Assembly: GCA_964016885.1 (NCBI GenBank) | Contig: CAXHJY010001558.1 | Coordinates: forward strand, 1 to 61,329 | Length of the DNA stretch: 61,329 nt | Source of the DNA: Eledone cirrhosa | Lineage: Eukaryota | Direction of reading: 5' to 3' | Part shown: piece after piece, positions 28,893 through 42,711 of the stretch | Numbering within the stretch: the first letter of the stretch is position 1 | Layout: the number at the start of each line of letters is the position of its first letter | The notes under the pieces: generated by a model | The model's input: the letters and a program-made list of their open reading frames with translations, nothing else | What the model was told of the DNA's origin: nothing | Database searches by the model: none | Program-made: the position numbers and the translations under genes

Positions 28893-29039
28893 GCGCGCAC
28901 TCACTTTTCTAAACTAGAGCTCTCAACTTTTCCCATTTGCGACATTAATTCTACTGGCTTATTTTAGGTATTAATAAACCCTGGCTATGCCGGAAATGGC
29001 TGCTAGTGTGTGTGTACGTATGTGTGTATGATGTATGTA

Positions 29040-29400
29040 TGATGTATGATGGTATCCAATGATGTTGACTTGTTCTTTTTGGTAAATATCATCTTGGTTA
29101 AGAGAGTGGGACTGGCTTTGTGCAGTGCCTTTGCTCACTATAAAAGCTTCACGGCACAGGCATTGCTTTATATCTGGAGATCTCTCTGCACTTGTCGTCA
29201 CATGGTACCATGGGCCCAGCACTGTGTGTCAATAATTGTCACAAGTGTAGTGTTTGTACCAGAGTTTTCAAGTCGCTGGCTGGACTAAAAAGTCACTCGT
29301 TCAGCGCATCGGTAGGGGTTCTCCTACATGGATATAAAGTAGTGGCCGTACTCGAAAACGAGTTGGCAGCCACCATGATGTATGTACGTATGTATGTATG
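29040..29400 (+). mobile_element. RTE-like LINE 3' fragment
   Basis: CSVCTRVFKSLAGLKSH finger followed by a (TATG)n tail. Confidence 0.55.
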
Positions 29401-29440
29401 TGTGTGTGGTGCGGACGTATGTATGTGTGTGTGTGTGTGT

Positions 29441-29471
<31 letters not shown>

Positions 29472-29489
29472 AGAGAAAGAGAGAAAGAG

Positions 29490-29535
<46 letters not shown>

Positions 29536-29539
29536 TATA

Positions 29540-29574
<35 letters not shown>

Positions 29575-29637
29575 CATAACACACACAACACACACACACA
29601 CATATATATATATATACACACATACATAACACACACA

Positions 29638-29684
<47 letters not shown>

Positions 29685-29847
29685 TAACACACACAACACA
29701 CACATATATATATACACACATACACAACACACATATATATATATTGATAACAAAAATGCGATGATGATGATGATGAGGATGGCAGTATGTATGTTTTGTG
29801 TATATGTAAGATTACATGCAACCATGTACACGCTTGTGTGTGTATTT

Positions 29848-29865
29848 ATGTGTATGTAACATTGT

Positions 29866-29898
<33 letters not shown>

Positions 29899-29972
29899 GT
29901 ATACAATAGAATGTCATATATATATATATATATGACATTCTATTGTATACATATGTGTATGTGACATTGTAT

Positions 29973-30005
<33 letters not shown>

Positions 30006-30042
30006 GACATTCTATTGTATACATGTGTATGTGACATTGTAT

Positions 30043-30080
<38 letters not shown>

Positions 30081-30118
30081 ACATTCTATTGTATACATAT
30101 GTGTATGTAACATTGTAT

Positions 30119-30153
<35 letters not shown>

Positions 30154-30192
30154 GACATTCTATTGTATACATATGTGTATGTGACATTGTAT

Positions 30193-30240
<48 letters not shown>

Positions 30241-30279
30241 ACATTCTATTGTATACATATGTGTATGTGACATTGTATT
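29848..30279. repeat. Composite tandem repeat with embedded (TG)n(TA)n, x~5
   Basis: GACATTCTATTGTATACATATGTGTATGTGACATTGTATTG recurs. Confidence 0.9.
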
Positions 30280-30645
30280 TATTGACCTGTCATATCATAT
30301 ATCAAAAAAGGTTTCTAGTAATCTTGACAAAGTTGAAAAGTAAATTTTCTAAATAAAAAGAAAATGGCTTGAGGGATGATAGTTATTTTTATTTACACTA
30401 AATGTGAGGTCTGGGCGGCTGAGAGGAAGAAAGTTGAACCTAATTCAATGGCGGCTATAGCAGTATTTCATCTTTAAAATGTAGTAGCGAAACTATATAA
30501 ACGTTAATGAGAGTTAGATGTTGTTTATCTTAAATTAGCATCGCTAGACTAGCTAGGTGGTCTACTCCTCAAAATATTGGACCGTTTTGTAAAGGCGTTT
30601 AGAAAGCATTTATGGCAGAAATGGACTGGGCATGCAGACACTGAG

Positions 30646-31085
30646 CTGAGCAGTGAACAGACGACTCTGGTTCTCAACAGTCTGTTAGCCAGTATCACCT
30701 TATCTGAGCAGTGAAAACACGCTGCTTGTCCCCAACAGTCTGTTAGCCAGTGTAATCTTATCTGAGAAGTGAAAACACACCTCTGGGCATCAGTAGTCTG
30801 TTAGCCAGTGTCACCTTAGCTGAGCAGTAAAAACGCACCTCTGGTCCTCAGTAGTCTGTTAGCCAGTGTCACCTTAGCTGAGCAGTAAATACACATCTCT
30901 GGTCCTCAGTAGTCTGTTAGCCAATGTCACCTAATCTGAGCAGTAAAAACACACCTCTGGTCCTCAGTAGTCTGTTAGCCAATGTCACCTTATCTGAGCA
31001 GTAAAAATACACCTCTGGTCCTCAGTAGTCTGTTAGTCAGTGTCACCTTAGTTGAGCCGTGAAAAAACACCTCTGGTCCTCAGTA
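30646..31085. repeat. 58-bp minisatellite x~7.6
   Basis: CTGAGCAGTAAAAACACACCTCTGGTCCTCAGTAGTCTGTTAGCCAGTGTCACCTTA(G/T). Confidence 0.95.
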
Positions 31086-31377
31086 ACCAGCTGTCTGTTT
31101 TAAAACCTAGTCGACTTATAATTTATGGGTGAGAGAAAATACCCCAGGTAAGCTGACTACATGCAAAATACCATTAGTAAAGAAAAAGTCCCCGTATGGC
31201 TGTTTAAAATATATTTTTAAAAAACTCCCACAAAACCAGCAAAAAATAACTTCGTGGAACCCTAATACGGCAGAAACCAAACATACTTCCATTATTATTT
31301 ATCAATAAAATAATGGAGTCTCCATCGGTTTCGACGGTGAGCATTCAGTTATTCGATCAACTGATTGTCTAGTTTGA

Positions 31378-31416
<39 letters not shown>

Positions 31417-31707
31417 AAATTTAGTACAGCACCAACGAAACTCTGGTTGCAGCCAAGCTCGGTGTGCAGCTAAGCACTCAATAGGGTATATTACCCTAGA
31501 GTTATAACATTACGTTTAGACAGCTTTGCTAATCGAATACAGCGACCGATAGACGGGCCGCAGTAACCATAGCGACGAAAAAAACTGAACTCAGGAAACA
31601 TTTTTTGACTAACCTGGACCATCGCGTCGATATCATACACAACACATAATATATACCATAAGGGTGAAAGCAGCGATTCTTTGCTTAAACTTTAATCTGT
31701 TATTTTA

Positions 31708-31756
<49 letters not shown>

Positions 31757-31788
31757 TACAAACGCACATGCATACATACATACGTACA

Positions 31789-31822
<34 letters not shown>

Positions 31823-31912
31823 CAGACAGACAAACAGACAGACATATTTTATTATTATATCATATATATGTGTTAAATACTTCCCTTCATATGAATAAGG
31901 ACATGACATTGC

Positions 31913-31972
<60 letters not shown>

Positions 31973-32446
31973 ATGTATATATGTGTGTGTGTGTGTGTTT
32001 AAATACATGTGTGTATATATATATATGTGTGTGTGTGTATTTAAATATATATGTGTATGCGTATGTGTGTGTATATATATGTGTGTGAGTATCTCACGTA
32101 AGTGTTGTAAATTGGGTCAAGTATGGAATATCAACATTTTTCTGCTCCATAATCACCGCTGTCCACCACCAAGCTTCATTAATTTATTGATTGGATATGG
32201 TCAATACATCATATTAATTATAGTGGCTGGTTGAAGGAACGTTACATGTCTCACAATGTCATTTCTAGAGTTCCTACATCGAAACTCTAATCAGGTCAAA
32301 ATAAACATCGTCAAAATGGCGGCCAACAGAAATTATTTGTCGATGTTATTTTTTTTTTTTTTTTTGCAGTTATGTACGAGTATGTAACGTTGCAGAAGAG
32401 AATTCCCCAAACAAATTTGGTCTTCAAATGACTCTGTTGTTGCTGC

Positions 32447-32509
32447 AACTACTAGTATTACTACTACTACTATCACTACTACTAGTATTACTACTACTAC
32501 TACTAGTAT

Positions 32510-32544
<35 letters not shown>

Positions 32545-32634
32545 GTATTACTACTACTACTACTACTAGTATTACTACTACTACCACTACTACTAGTATT
32601 ACTACTACTACCACTACTACTAGTATTACTACTA

Positions 32635-32695
<61 letters not shown>

Positions 32696-32714
32696 TACTA
32701 CTACTACCACTACT

Positions 32715-32750
<36 letters not shown>
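32447..32750. repeat. (ACT)n array with periodic AGTATT interruptions
   Basis: Direct reading. Confidence 0.97.
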
Positions 32751-32751
<1 letters not shown>

Positions 32752-32909
32752 ATCAATAACTGAACGAAACAATTTATTATCATCGTTTATTTTCAATTTA
32801 GTTTATTTGATAATATACTGTATGTTTTTTTAAATAAACATACAGTATATTATCAAATATACTATACGTACATTCATATATACATCGCTATTTCAGAGCA
32901 CCAATACTA

Positions 32910-32942
<33 letters not shown>

Positions 32943-32945
<3 letters not shown>

Positions 32946-33218
32946 TAATTGACCACTCCCCAAAGAAAAAACACCCTGTGCCATGAAGTGGTCCTATGTA
33001 TCTAAATACACCCCCCCCCAATCCACCACCCCTCACTTACCACTACCTAAATGTATAAATACCAGAACTTAATATGACACCCAGCTTCCTGAAGATTTCA
33101 TCTGAATGAAACAGTACTAGTCCTGTAGAAGCTCCTTCTATAAAATAAAAAAAATTTACTCTGCCATGTATTGAGTACCTTACTTACTGTGGTTATCCCC
33201 GACTCAACCCGGGACCTA
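32943..33218 (+). mobile_element. PLE family 1 terminal repeat, most complete copy
   Basis: (TA)n, TATAAAT (33054-33060), HHR, AATAAA, bulged hairpin, (TA)n. Confidence 0.8.
33083..33133 (+). ncRNA. Type I hammerhead ribozyme, intact core
   Basis: AGCTTC-CTGAAGA-T TTC ATCT GAA T-GAAA-CAG TACTAGTC CTG-TA-GAAGCT; predicted cleavage 3' of A33127. Confidence 0.85.
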
Positions 33219-33485
33219 CGTATATATATATATATATATATATATTATAAAGAAAACGAAAAGACTTAGTTTATTTCGTGTTACAAATGTTTCGCCGTCA
33301 TGTAGCTCGAGTCATGGTCCTTGTATGGATCTGGCTGATTCTACTTCTGCGGGTTCTTTCAGACACGGGTGTTACGTCCGGAGCAAATTTTATCACTCTA
33401 CTCTGATGAATATCAAGTGCTAATTTTGGCATACTCCCTATGGAAGCACCATAGCTACCACTTACACACACACACATACATATAT

Positions 33486-33541
<56 letters not shown>

Positions 33542-33672
33542 GTGAGGTTTTTTTTACAAAATGAAAAATAACCGAGGTGTCCTACACGAGAGAAAGTATA
33601 AAGAAAAAAAGATGAAATCGAAAATGCAACTGGAGTCTTTTTTTTTTTTAAATATATATATTTATTTGGTTC

Positions 33673-33708
33673 CTTTACCGGTTTCGCAGTTCTTCTGCTT
33701 TTCAAAAG
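33673..33708 (-). ncRNA. Hammerhead ribozyme candidate with U3-A8 core variant
   Basis: CTT-TTGAAAA-GCAG AAGAA CTGC-GAAA-CCGG-TA-AAG, inside an inverted repeat (33598-33638 / 33743-33783) with (TA)n flanks. Confidence 0.55.
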
Positions 33709-33777
33709 TAGAGTTGAGATGGAGGGTCTGTGGTTTTTCTCAAGGCTCAAGTTGCATTTTCGATTTCATCTTTTTTT

Positions 33778-33825
<48 letters not shown>

Positions 33826-33860
33826 TTGTATATATATATATATATATATACATATATATT

Positions 33861-33916
<56 letters not shown>

Positions 33917-35010
33917 GATCAAAAGCAAACTCGGTGTTAGTGTTTATGTCATATATCTTAGAAATTCGATCAAATAAGTATTGAGGGTGATGAAAGAGAA
34001 GAAAAAAATCCTCCAAAATTGCGTTGCTCCATCATGGCTGCACTCCATTGACCGAAACTAATAAAAGTACACGAGAATACAACAAAATAGACCTGTTAGA
34101 AATAAAAAAAAGTCTGCTTTGGTGAATGGGCTAGGGAGGTGGAGGTGGTGTTGAGTGGTGGGAGATGAAAGCAATAAAGCGAGGCGGAGAGGTGGGGGTA
34201 AGAAAACGAAGAGAAGATGAATATGTTTGAAGCCTTTGTGTTCTTCATGTCTAACAGACGTTATCAGTCAGATTTATATCTTCACCTTTGTATGTTATAT
34301 ATGTATTGAATATACAGGATGTTTTTAGTTAAAGCAATGTTCAGAAAACACCGTTATCTTTCCAGACGAGATAAAATTAGAGAAATAATCACGAAAACTA
34401 CCTCTCTCTCTATATAAAATTCTTTGTCTCTCTCTCTTTCTCTGTCTTTTCCATTCCCAAACGTCACGACCAAATCAAATAAAATTTTACAAGGCATTTA
34501 CACGGTATTAGACCCGGGGACTGTCAACATATAATTTTGATTTTGATTTCGATTAAAACAATATAACACTTTATCTAAAATATTCTACTATAGACAATTA
34601 TAATTAAACAGATATTTTATAACACGACGACGTCACATTTTGTGCGTTCGTTACCTACGTTACGCCTTAGTAAGTTACATACACACACGTCTTCACATAA
34701 ATATTTAATCAGATACACAGAGAATTACACACGATTCGGACGCTGTTTTACACACACACACACACCCACACACCCACACACACACATACACACACACACA
34801 CACACTTATATACAATTATCTATATCTACATATAATATAACATTGAAACTTTTGAGAAACGTGGAGCTGCTTACTTCTATGCAATGACACATTTTACAGT
34901 CAGGCGGAAGATGAACCATCTCCTAGAGGTCATTTAACTTGGAGGCAATCATCAAGGAGAAAATGCATTTGACAGTCAGTTTTAGATATATGTCATACCT
35001 TGATATTGTG

Positions 35011-35578
35011 TAGGGTTTCCCAACCTGGGACTTATCACTCACCAGTGGACGATTTCAACTGTTGGGTGAGCGAGGAGCAACTGAACAGAAAATGGTGGGG
35101 AGTGGGATTGGAAATTTTGGTGAACAATATAGGGTTTTGTGTATTAAGAAGGTATTTTAACATATGCTACCCGGAAAAAAATATTCAATGGAGATATGCA
35201 AAGAACCTATATATACCAAATTTTTTTAAAGGGAGGGGAAAGTCGATTAAATCGACCCCAGTACATTACTGGTACTTTATTTTATCGACCCCCGTAAGGA
35301 TGAAAGGCAAAATTTACCTTGGCAGGATTTGAACTCAGAACATAAAAGGCCATAACTCTATGCTGCAAAGCATGGTGTCTGGCGCTCTACCGATTCTGCC
35401 AATCCACCTGGAAGCTAAATGGGAATAACAAACCCTAACCCTAACCAGTCACAAACTTTTTACCAAATATTTTTTATATGCTTTTGAATATTTACTATAC
35501 AGGTCAGGTGGGCGGTGGAAAATATTTTCCATTCCATGTGAAAGTGGGCGATGAAACAAAAAACGTTGGGAAGCCCTG
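35011..35578. mobile_element. Probable hAT MITE interrupted by SINE S1 (35230-35408, minus)
   Basis: Ends TAGGGTTTCCCAAC / GTTGGGAAGCCCTG; no clear target-site duplication (TSD). Confidence 0.5.
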
Positions 35579-35952
35579 CTGTAGATTAAGAACCCCTGCT
35601 GTAGACTAAGGGCTCTGGCATAAGTGTCCCTTAGTGAATTAGGCTATTAATGCATTTAATCTTGTTTATTGATAAATTTAGATATATTTACGTTTAGGTT
35701 TAGGCAATTGAAGGTCAGTTTTATATAAGTTATTGGAGCAAAAAAACGCGGAGCATAAAAATTCTTTAAAACCGTTTCATGCAATGTAGGTCAGAAATGT
35801 TATCATTAAATTGGAAAAACCTCTGTTTTGAGGAAGGCATTTGGTTCTAATTAACCCCCCCCCCCCCCCCCCCACCACACACTTCACTTTCTGGGATTCA
35901 TTTCTAATTATTTTCGTATGTTTAAACAAACAATAATAGATGTATATCTGAA

Positions 35953-35954
<2 letters not shown>

Positions 35955-35991
<37 letters not shown>

Positions 35992-36174
35992 GAATATATA
36001 TATGTATATATATATATATGTATGTATATATATATATATATATGCATATATATGTATGTATATATGTGTATATATATATATATGTATACATGAATATATA
36101 TATGTGTATATATATATATATGTATGTATATATATATATATATATGCATATATATATATGTATGTATATATGTG

Positions 36175-36207
<33 letters not shown>

Positions 36208-36266
36208 GTATGTATATATGTGTATATATATATATATGTATATATATATATGTATGTATATATGTG

Positions 36267-36301
<35 letters not shown>

Positions 36302-36465
36302 GTATGTATATATGTGTATATATATATGTATGTATATATATATATGTATATATATATATGTATATATATATATGTATATATATATATGTATATATGTATA
36401 TATATGTATATATGTATATATATATGTATATATATCTATATTTATTTATATATATATATATTTAG

Positions 36466-36509
<44 letters not shown>
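35955..36509. repeat. (TA/TG) microsatellite
   Basis: Direct reading. Confidence 0.97.
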
Positions 36510-36511
<2 letters not shown>

Positions 36512-36832
36512 CGGAGGAAATGTGGTAAGGAACCAGGTGGACCGTAACGCACCAAAGTACTCAATACTTAGGGTAGTAGAGTGGGTAATAGGACTAGTAG
36601 TCCAGAATTAGCCGTCGAAACGGCTTGAGTTCAGCCGTCGGGGTCCTACTCGTTCCTATATATATATATACATATATATATATATGGTGGCTTATTTCGG
36701 ATCTAGCTGTCGAAACGGCCGGAGCTCAGCCGTCGGGGTCCTGACTCTTTTCCTATTACCCACTCTACTACCCCAAGTATTGAGTACTTTGGTGCGTCAC
36801 GGTCCACCTGGTTCCTTACCACACCTTTGTTA
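36509..36832. mobile_element. Two PLE family 3 fragments carrying only the HHR 3' half
   Basis: GAAACGGCTTGAGTTCAGCCGTC-GGGGTCC plus shared downstream sequence, in inverted arrangement with (TA)n flanks. Confidence 0.7.
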
Positions 36833-37657
36833 TAAATATATATATCTACATGTATATGTATATCTATATATATATGTATGTGTGTGTGTGTGTGTGTGTG
36901 TATGTGTGTGTGTGTGTGTGTGTACATATATCTACATGTATATGTATGTATGTGTATATGTATGTGTGTGTGTGTGTGTACATATATCTACATGTATATG
37001 TATGTATGTGTATATGTATGTGTGTGTATATGTATGTATGTGTATATGTATGTGTGTGTATATGTATGTATGTGTATATGTATGTGTGTGTATATGTATG
37101 TGTGTGTATATGTATGTATGTGTATATGTATGTATGTGTATATGTATGTGTGTGTATATGTATGTGTGTGTATATGTATGTATGTGTATATGTATGTGTG
37201 TGTATATGTATGTATGTGTATATGTATGTGTGTGTGTGTGTGTGTGAGTGTATAATGGGTAAAAATCGAAAACTATTCTATTTTGATTATCAGATCCGAA
37301 TATTTTGATATTGTAAATGTCACCAGGAATTAATGACCCCTCGATTACAAATGAGGTCCATTGTACCAATCAACTTAATGTCAAATTAGAGCTCGGCTAT
37401 TGTTATTACATCCGGTAGTAGTAGGTGGGGGTGGGGTGATTGTGGAATTAGGGCATTGACACACGTATATGATTGATTGGTTGTTGTGTGAAGCGGTCTC
37501 TCTACGGTCAGTTAAAAGCCGAGGTAGGTTGGTGTTAGGATTATCAAAACGCACCTTAAAACGTTTGAAGTTTTTGACATTATATTGTAAACGGTTTTGA
37601 AAATTTTAAATACACAAAAGATCAGTGAATAACAATATATATATATATATATATATA

Positions 37658-37972
37658 TAGCTTGATATAAGCTGCCTCTACGCATGTTAGCTTGACATAA
37701 GCTGCCTCAACGCATGTTAGCTTGATATAAGCTGCCCCAATGTATGTTAGCTTGATATAAGCTGCCTCAACGCATGTTAGCTTGATATAAGCTGCCCCAA
37801 TGTATGTTAGCTTGATATAAGCTGCCTCAACGCATGTTAGCTTGATATAAGCTGCCCCAATGTATGTTAGCTTGATATAAGCTGCCTCAACGCATGTTAG
37901 CTTGATATAAGCTGCCCCAATGTATGTTAGCTTGATATAAGCTGCCTCAACGCATGTTAGCTCGATATAGCT
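37658..37972. repeat. 30-bp minisatellite x~10 with 60-bp dimer periodicity
   Basis: TAGCTTGATATAAGCTGCC followed alternately by TCAACGCATGT or CCAATGTATGT. Confidence 0.95.
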
Positions 37973-38390
37973 TCATATATTTCACCACAGCATTACTATC
38001 TCAAAGTCTAGTATGTTCATCATAATCAAACAAAAGCAATCAGAAGTTACATTACATTTCTGACTGCTATAATTGTTTGTGCTGTATACATAAACTTATT
38101 CATCTGACTAAAACAATGAGACTGTGGAGTGAAAAATAAATACGATTGCAGTTAAAATAACACTATGACATTTCAATAGTTTATGTCGAAGCGTTTCCTA
38201 GACAACGACTCTCTTATCATGCCAGACAGAAAATTGTTTTACAGTTTACTCAACAGGACTTGTAATTATATAAATAGTTACGTAAAGATTATCAAAATAA
38301 ATACTACATATCGACTAATACTACACATCGACTAAACTCCACGATTTTACTAATCATTTCATTTTCTCCTAAAATATCTACAAAACAAAC

Positions 38391-38588
38391 CTTAGCCTTC
38401 CTCCAAAACAACATAAGAAAGACAATCTTTGATTCCAGACAATTCTAAAGGTGTTTGTTTTGTACAATAAACGTTACCATTCATATCAAGAGCAAACTTT
38501 GAATTCCCATCATCCACCATTTTGTGTGTAATATTTATAAAGTTGGTTTGACTGACTAGTAAAAGGCAGTGATGCATTGTGGGTAGTG
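38391..38588 (-). CDS. Possible host-gene exon (198 bp), product unknown
   Basis: Branch-point-like CTCTAAT, acceptor TTTCAG and donor-like AG|GTTTGT. One frame is open for 64 codons (LPTMHH...KFALDMNGNVYCTKQ...VLEEG) and ends in TAA; sequence is non-repetitive. Confidence 0.35.
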
Positions 38589-38910
38589 CTGAAACATTAG
38601 AGGTAAACTACTTGAACATCAGTTTGTTGGAAGAATGGCAACATACCATATTTATAAATAGTGCAGAAAAAAATGTGAAATAGATTTAAAATAGACGGTT
38701 AACCGGTTCGAAAACAAACCTAACCGTAACTCTAAAATAACAGCCGAGCAATAGCAACATGCCTTATGTTAGCTTGGTTTGTGTTGCTGTGGTTCCGCCA
38801 TTGCCGTCACCACCACCACCACCACCACCACCACTCTGTAGAGGTGTGTTACTCCCTCACCGCCTCCACCACCACCACCACTCTGTAGAGGTGTGTTACT
38901 CCCTCACCGT

Positions 38911-38941
<31 letters not shown>

Positions 38942-39181
38942 ACCACCACTATGTAGAGGTGTAAAGCTGCCGTTCCTTCACTATATTTCGGTCAGCAACC
39001 TCTCACTATGTCGGGCTACATGCTGTCTCAATGCCCAAAACATGTACTGATGCTATAGACAGATGTTATTACAAAACAAAGTGAACACGGAAAGCATAAC
39101 TCGACTATTGACACAAATATAACTTTAGAAGAATATATTGTACGTAGAAGCAAATACTAATTAGATAAGACTCATTTAGTG

Positions 39182-39358
<177 letters not shown>

Positions 39359-39360
39359 AC

Positions 39361-39415
39361 AGAGATTCCTGATGATTTCTAATGAATGAAACAGTTCTAG
39401 TCCTGTAGAATCTCT
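39361..39415 (+). ncRNA. Type I hammerhead ribozyme, intact core (family 1)
   Basis: AGAGATTC-CTGATGA-T TTC TAAT GAA T-GAAA-CAG TTCTAGTC CTG-TA-GAATCTCT; 8-bp stem I; predicted cleavage 3' of A39407. Confidence 0.88.
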
Positions 39416-39447
39416 TCTATATTAAAACTATATATATATATATATAG

Positions 39448-39743
39448 GGCGGGTAAAATTCTCGAGATCCATGGACGAGTTCTCTCCAGTGGTCTCTGTC
39501 CTTCATCATCGCTGCCATGTCCTGCGTCTCACAGAGACCAGTGTCTGTCCTTAGGGCATCAATATATGTCATCCTCGGCCTCACTCTTCTAGTGTGTCCG
39601 TGTAGGGGGCTCCCAAAGGACCACTGAGTGCAGTGTCAACTCTGACTGTCGGTGAGCATGTCCAGCTAACCCCAGTCTCCCCTGTGTTATACTTCCGAGC
39701 TGACTTTTCGAAGGCTCCCGTACAGCTCTGAGTTCTTCACCCT
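39448..39743 (-). mobile_element. RTE-clade LINE ORF C-terminal relic
   Basis: With two frameshifts: NSELYGSLRKVS / RLGLAGHAHRQ...VVLWEP / HGHTRRVRPRMTYIDALRTDTGL...MKDRDHWRELV. Confidence 0.8.
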
Positions 39744-39749
39744 CAGTGT

Positions 39750-39834
39750 ATACTTCTGTATCTTTTATATCTCCATAGTTAATTTATCTGGTAATCAATG
39801 TTTATCATTGATTGACCAACGGTTAAAAATACAG

Positions 39835-39840
<6 letters not shown>
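39750..39840 (-). mobile_element. Fragment homologous to the PLE tail at ~19618-19706
   Basis: TATCTGTATT...ACCGTTGGTCA.TCAATG...CATTGA...GATATAAAAGA.ACAGAAG shared by both. Confidence 0.65.
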
Positions 39841-39893
<53 letters not shown>

Positions 39894-39897
<4 letters not shown>

Positions 39898-40086
39898 AAC
39901 GAGTAGGACCCCGACGGCTGAGCTCAAGCTGTTTCGACGGCTAATTCTGAGTCCAGAATTAGCCGTCGAAACGGCTTGAGCTCAGCCGTCGGGGTCCTAC
40001 TCGTTCCTATTACCCACTCTACTACTCTAAGTATTGAGTACTTTGGTGCGTTACGGTCCATCTGGTTCCTTACCACATTTCCTTCG

Positions 40087-40089
<3 letters not shown>
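39894..40089. mobile_element. PLE family 3 foldback copy
   Basis: Palindrome 39894-40009 centred on loop 39950-39953; HHR 3' half at 39968-39997. Confidence 0.75.
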
Positions 40090-40131
<42 letters not shown>

Positions 40132-41368
40132 TGCTCATCGTCGAAATTGAAGGAGGATCCATCATTACAATATGAAAGAGGAAACAAAACATACCTCACA
40201 CCTAACCAGACCTAGCTGGTCTTCTACGCGATTGTATCTTACAGGATGTTTCTCTGGTGTTTTAACGATAAAAAGCTCAGTCTTAACGCCTTACACACAT
40301 CTATACAGGTTTAGTTGGTCCCCTTACATGGTTGCATCTCATAGGAGGTTTCTTCGGAGTTTTTAATTAAAAGGGCTTCCATTCCTATTATGAAAAATAA
40401 CACAACAAACCGCCCGGCCTAGGAATCGAACCCAGAGCCACGTGATCGTGAAAGCAACACAATATCCACTAGGGCCATGCAGCTTCACTGATTTCCACAC
40501 CCACGAGATTTAATCCAAAGATATAAAAAGGATCGGTCGGCTTTCGTCAAATCGGACCGAGGAAACAATGTTTCCGTTGGTCTTTCCAGTTGCTGGTACT
40601 ATCTATTGGTCGCAACTCCAGGTAGAAGGAGCAACGTGAAATAAAGTGTCTTGCTCAAGGACATAACGCATCGCCCGGTCCAGGAATCGAACTCACAACC
40701 TCAAGATTGTGAATCCAATCCTGTAACCACTCGACCACACGCCTTCATACGACTGCACAAAGATATAACCAGTTTGTTTAGTGTCCTTGTTTGAATAATA
40801 AATGACCAAATAGAGAATGTGATAGATTTTGAAACATTTACTGATGGGTTTGTTCTACAGTAGACAACAATATGGAAATCATTAGTCATTGATTTTTTTC
40901 CCCTTTTCTCTTTAACAATTCTCCCGATTTCTCTGCAGAGCTTTCAATGTTTTGTTTGTCTCGTGTTTGATAGAAAAATAGGATGTCATTAACAGAGGAA
41001 GTCAATGACAACCTATGTTGGAAGTTTAGAGTATTTTATGAACCGCAAGGATAACTTAGAGTTTGGTACTACAGTACAGTAGATAGCTCTCCATTGTTGT
41101 CAGTAGTGTTGAAACGGACGGGGGATAAATACACACACATACTCTTAGAAACACACACATACACACAGAAACACACACACACGAATACACACATACACTT
41201 AGAAACACACACATACACATAGATACACACACATACACGAATATGTACATACACAGACAGACATATGCACAAACACACGCGCACAGAAACACACACACAC
41301 GAATACATACATTCACAGACATACACATGCGCAAACACACACACAGACACAGAAACATACACACACAC

Positions 41369-41402
<34 letters not shown>

Positions 41403-41404
41403 GT

Positions 41405-41521
41405 ATGATCTGAGTTCAAATCCCGCCGAGGTTAACTTTGCTTTTCATCCTTCCGGGGTCGATAGAATAAAGTACCAGTAATGCATTGGGTAATTGCTGG
41501 CCTTGTGCCAAATGTAGAAAC

Positions 41522-41527
<6 letters not shown>
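41405..41527 (+). mobile_element. SINE S1, 5'-truncated
   Basis: Spans B-box to tail. Confidence 0.88.
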
Positions 41528-41566
<39 letters not shown>

Positions 41567-41720
41567 CTCTGATAATATGGGATCGATTGTGCATTGGATA
41601 TCGAATGCTCTACTAAATATATAATATTATAGATGTAGCGAGATCTAGGCAAATAGATGTCTATTGAAACGTACGTAAGAACCGAATAAATCTCTTTTAC
41701 TGCATCTTTCTGTTCTTTTT

Positions 41721-41812
<92 letters not shown>

Positions 41813-41990
41813 GTTATATAGTAAGGTGTATTATTGGTTGTGTAAAACGGTCCAATTTGTTAGCAATATTAAGTTCTCCACGCTTTTGTATATCTCTAAT
41901 TCCATTCGAGGGAACAGCTAGATGATGTAAAACGGAGTATAAGTATCAAAATGAAAATCTGAAGGCAAGGTAAAATTCCAATCATTTTAA

Positions 41991-42064
41991 TCACGACACA
42001 TGTTTCAATAAGAGATAGATCGATCGTAAAGCCATGATCAATTATCACTGATCTCATCAGGTGA
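41991..42064 (-). ncRNA. Type I hammerhead ribozyme (left arm)
   Basis: Reverse complement of 42169-42242. Confidence 0.75.
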
Positions 42065-42168
42065 AAATGAATTGTCTTCAAATTCTTGATATGAGGGAGA
42101 AAATTAGCAATGTGAGTGAACATTGCTAATTTTCTCCCTCATATCAAGAATTTGAAGACAATTCATTT

Positions 42169-42242
42169 TCACCTGATGAGATCAGTGATAATTGATCATG
42201 GCCTTACGATCGATCTATCTCTTATTGAAACATGTGTCGTGA
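42169..42242 (+). ncRNA. Type I hammerhead ribozyme (right arm), long stem II
   Basis: TCAC-CTGATGA-[47-nt imperfect hairpin]-GAAA-CATGTG-TC-GTGA; GUC triplet, predicted cleavage 3' of C42238. Confidence 0.75.
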
Positions 42243-42296
42243 TTAAAATGATTGGAATTTTACCTTGACTTCAGATTTTCATTTTGATATATATAT

Positions 42297-42385
<89 letters not shown>

Positions 42386-42711
42386 TGAGATATATACATA
42401 CATTAACAGGGTATGACTGTGAGGTTTCCATGAGGCAACATTTCAGTTTTGCTTATCTCGGTAAGAACATAAAAACTACATTCACTAAGTATATTATTGT
42501 TTATTTACATGACCAAAGTCAATAAGAAAGAACCTTTGAACAAGTGTGTTTTCAGAGAAAACTTCATGAATCATAGGTTCGACATCCACAGCCGATATCT
42601 GGCTATTTTAGCGCCCTAGATCGACAACCGGCGCCTACTTCACCCAGTTAGGCGCCTCTTTCTCCCAACTATAAGCTTCATTCTCCCAAATTATTTTAAT
42701 TTCAACTTATA

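Larger units (their letters stand above)
41944..42289. repeat. Long palindrome: 169-bp arms, 8-nt spacer, 2 mismatches
   Basis: Arms 41944-42112 and 42121-42289 compared base by base. Confidence 0.97.
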
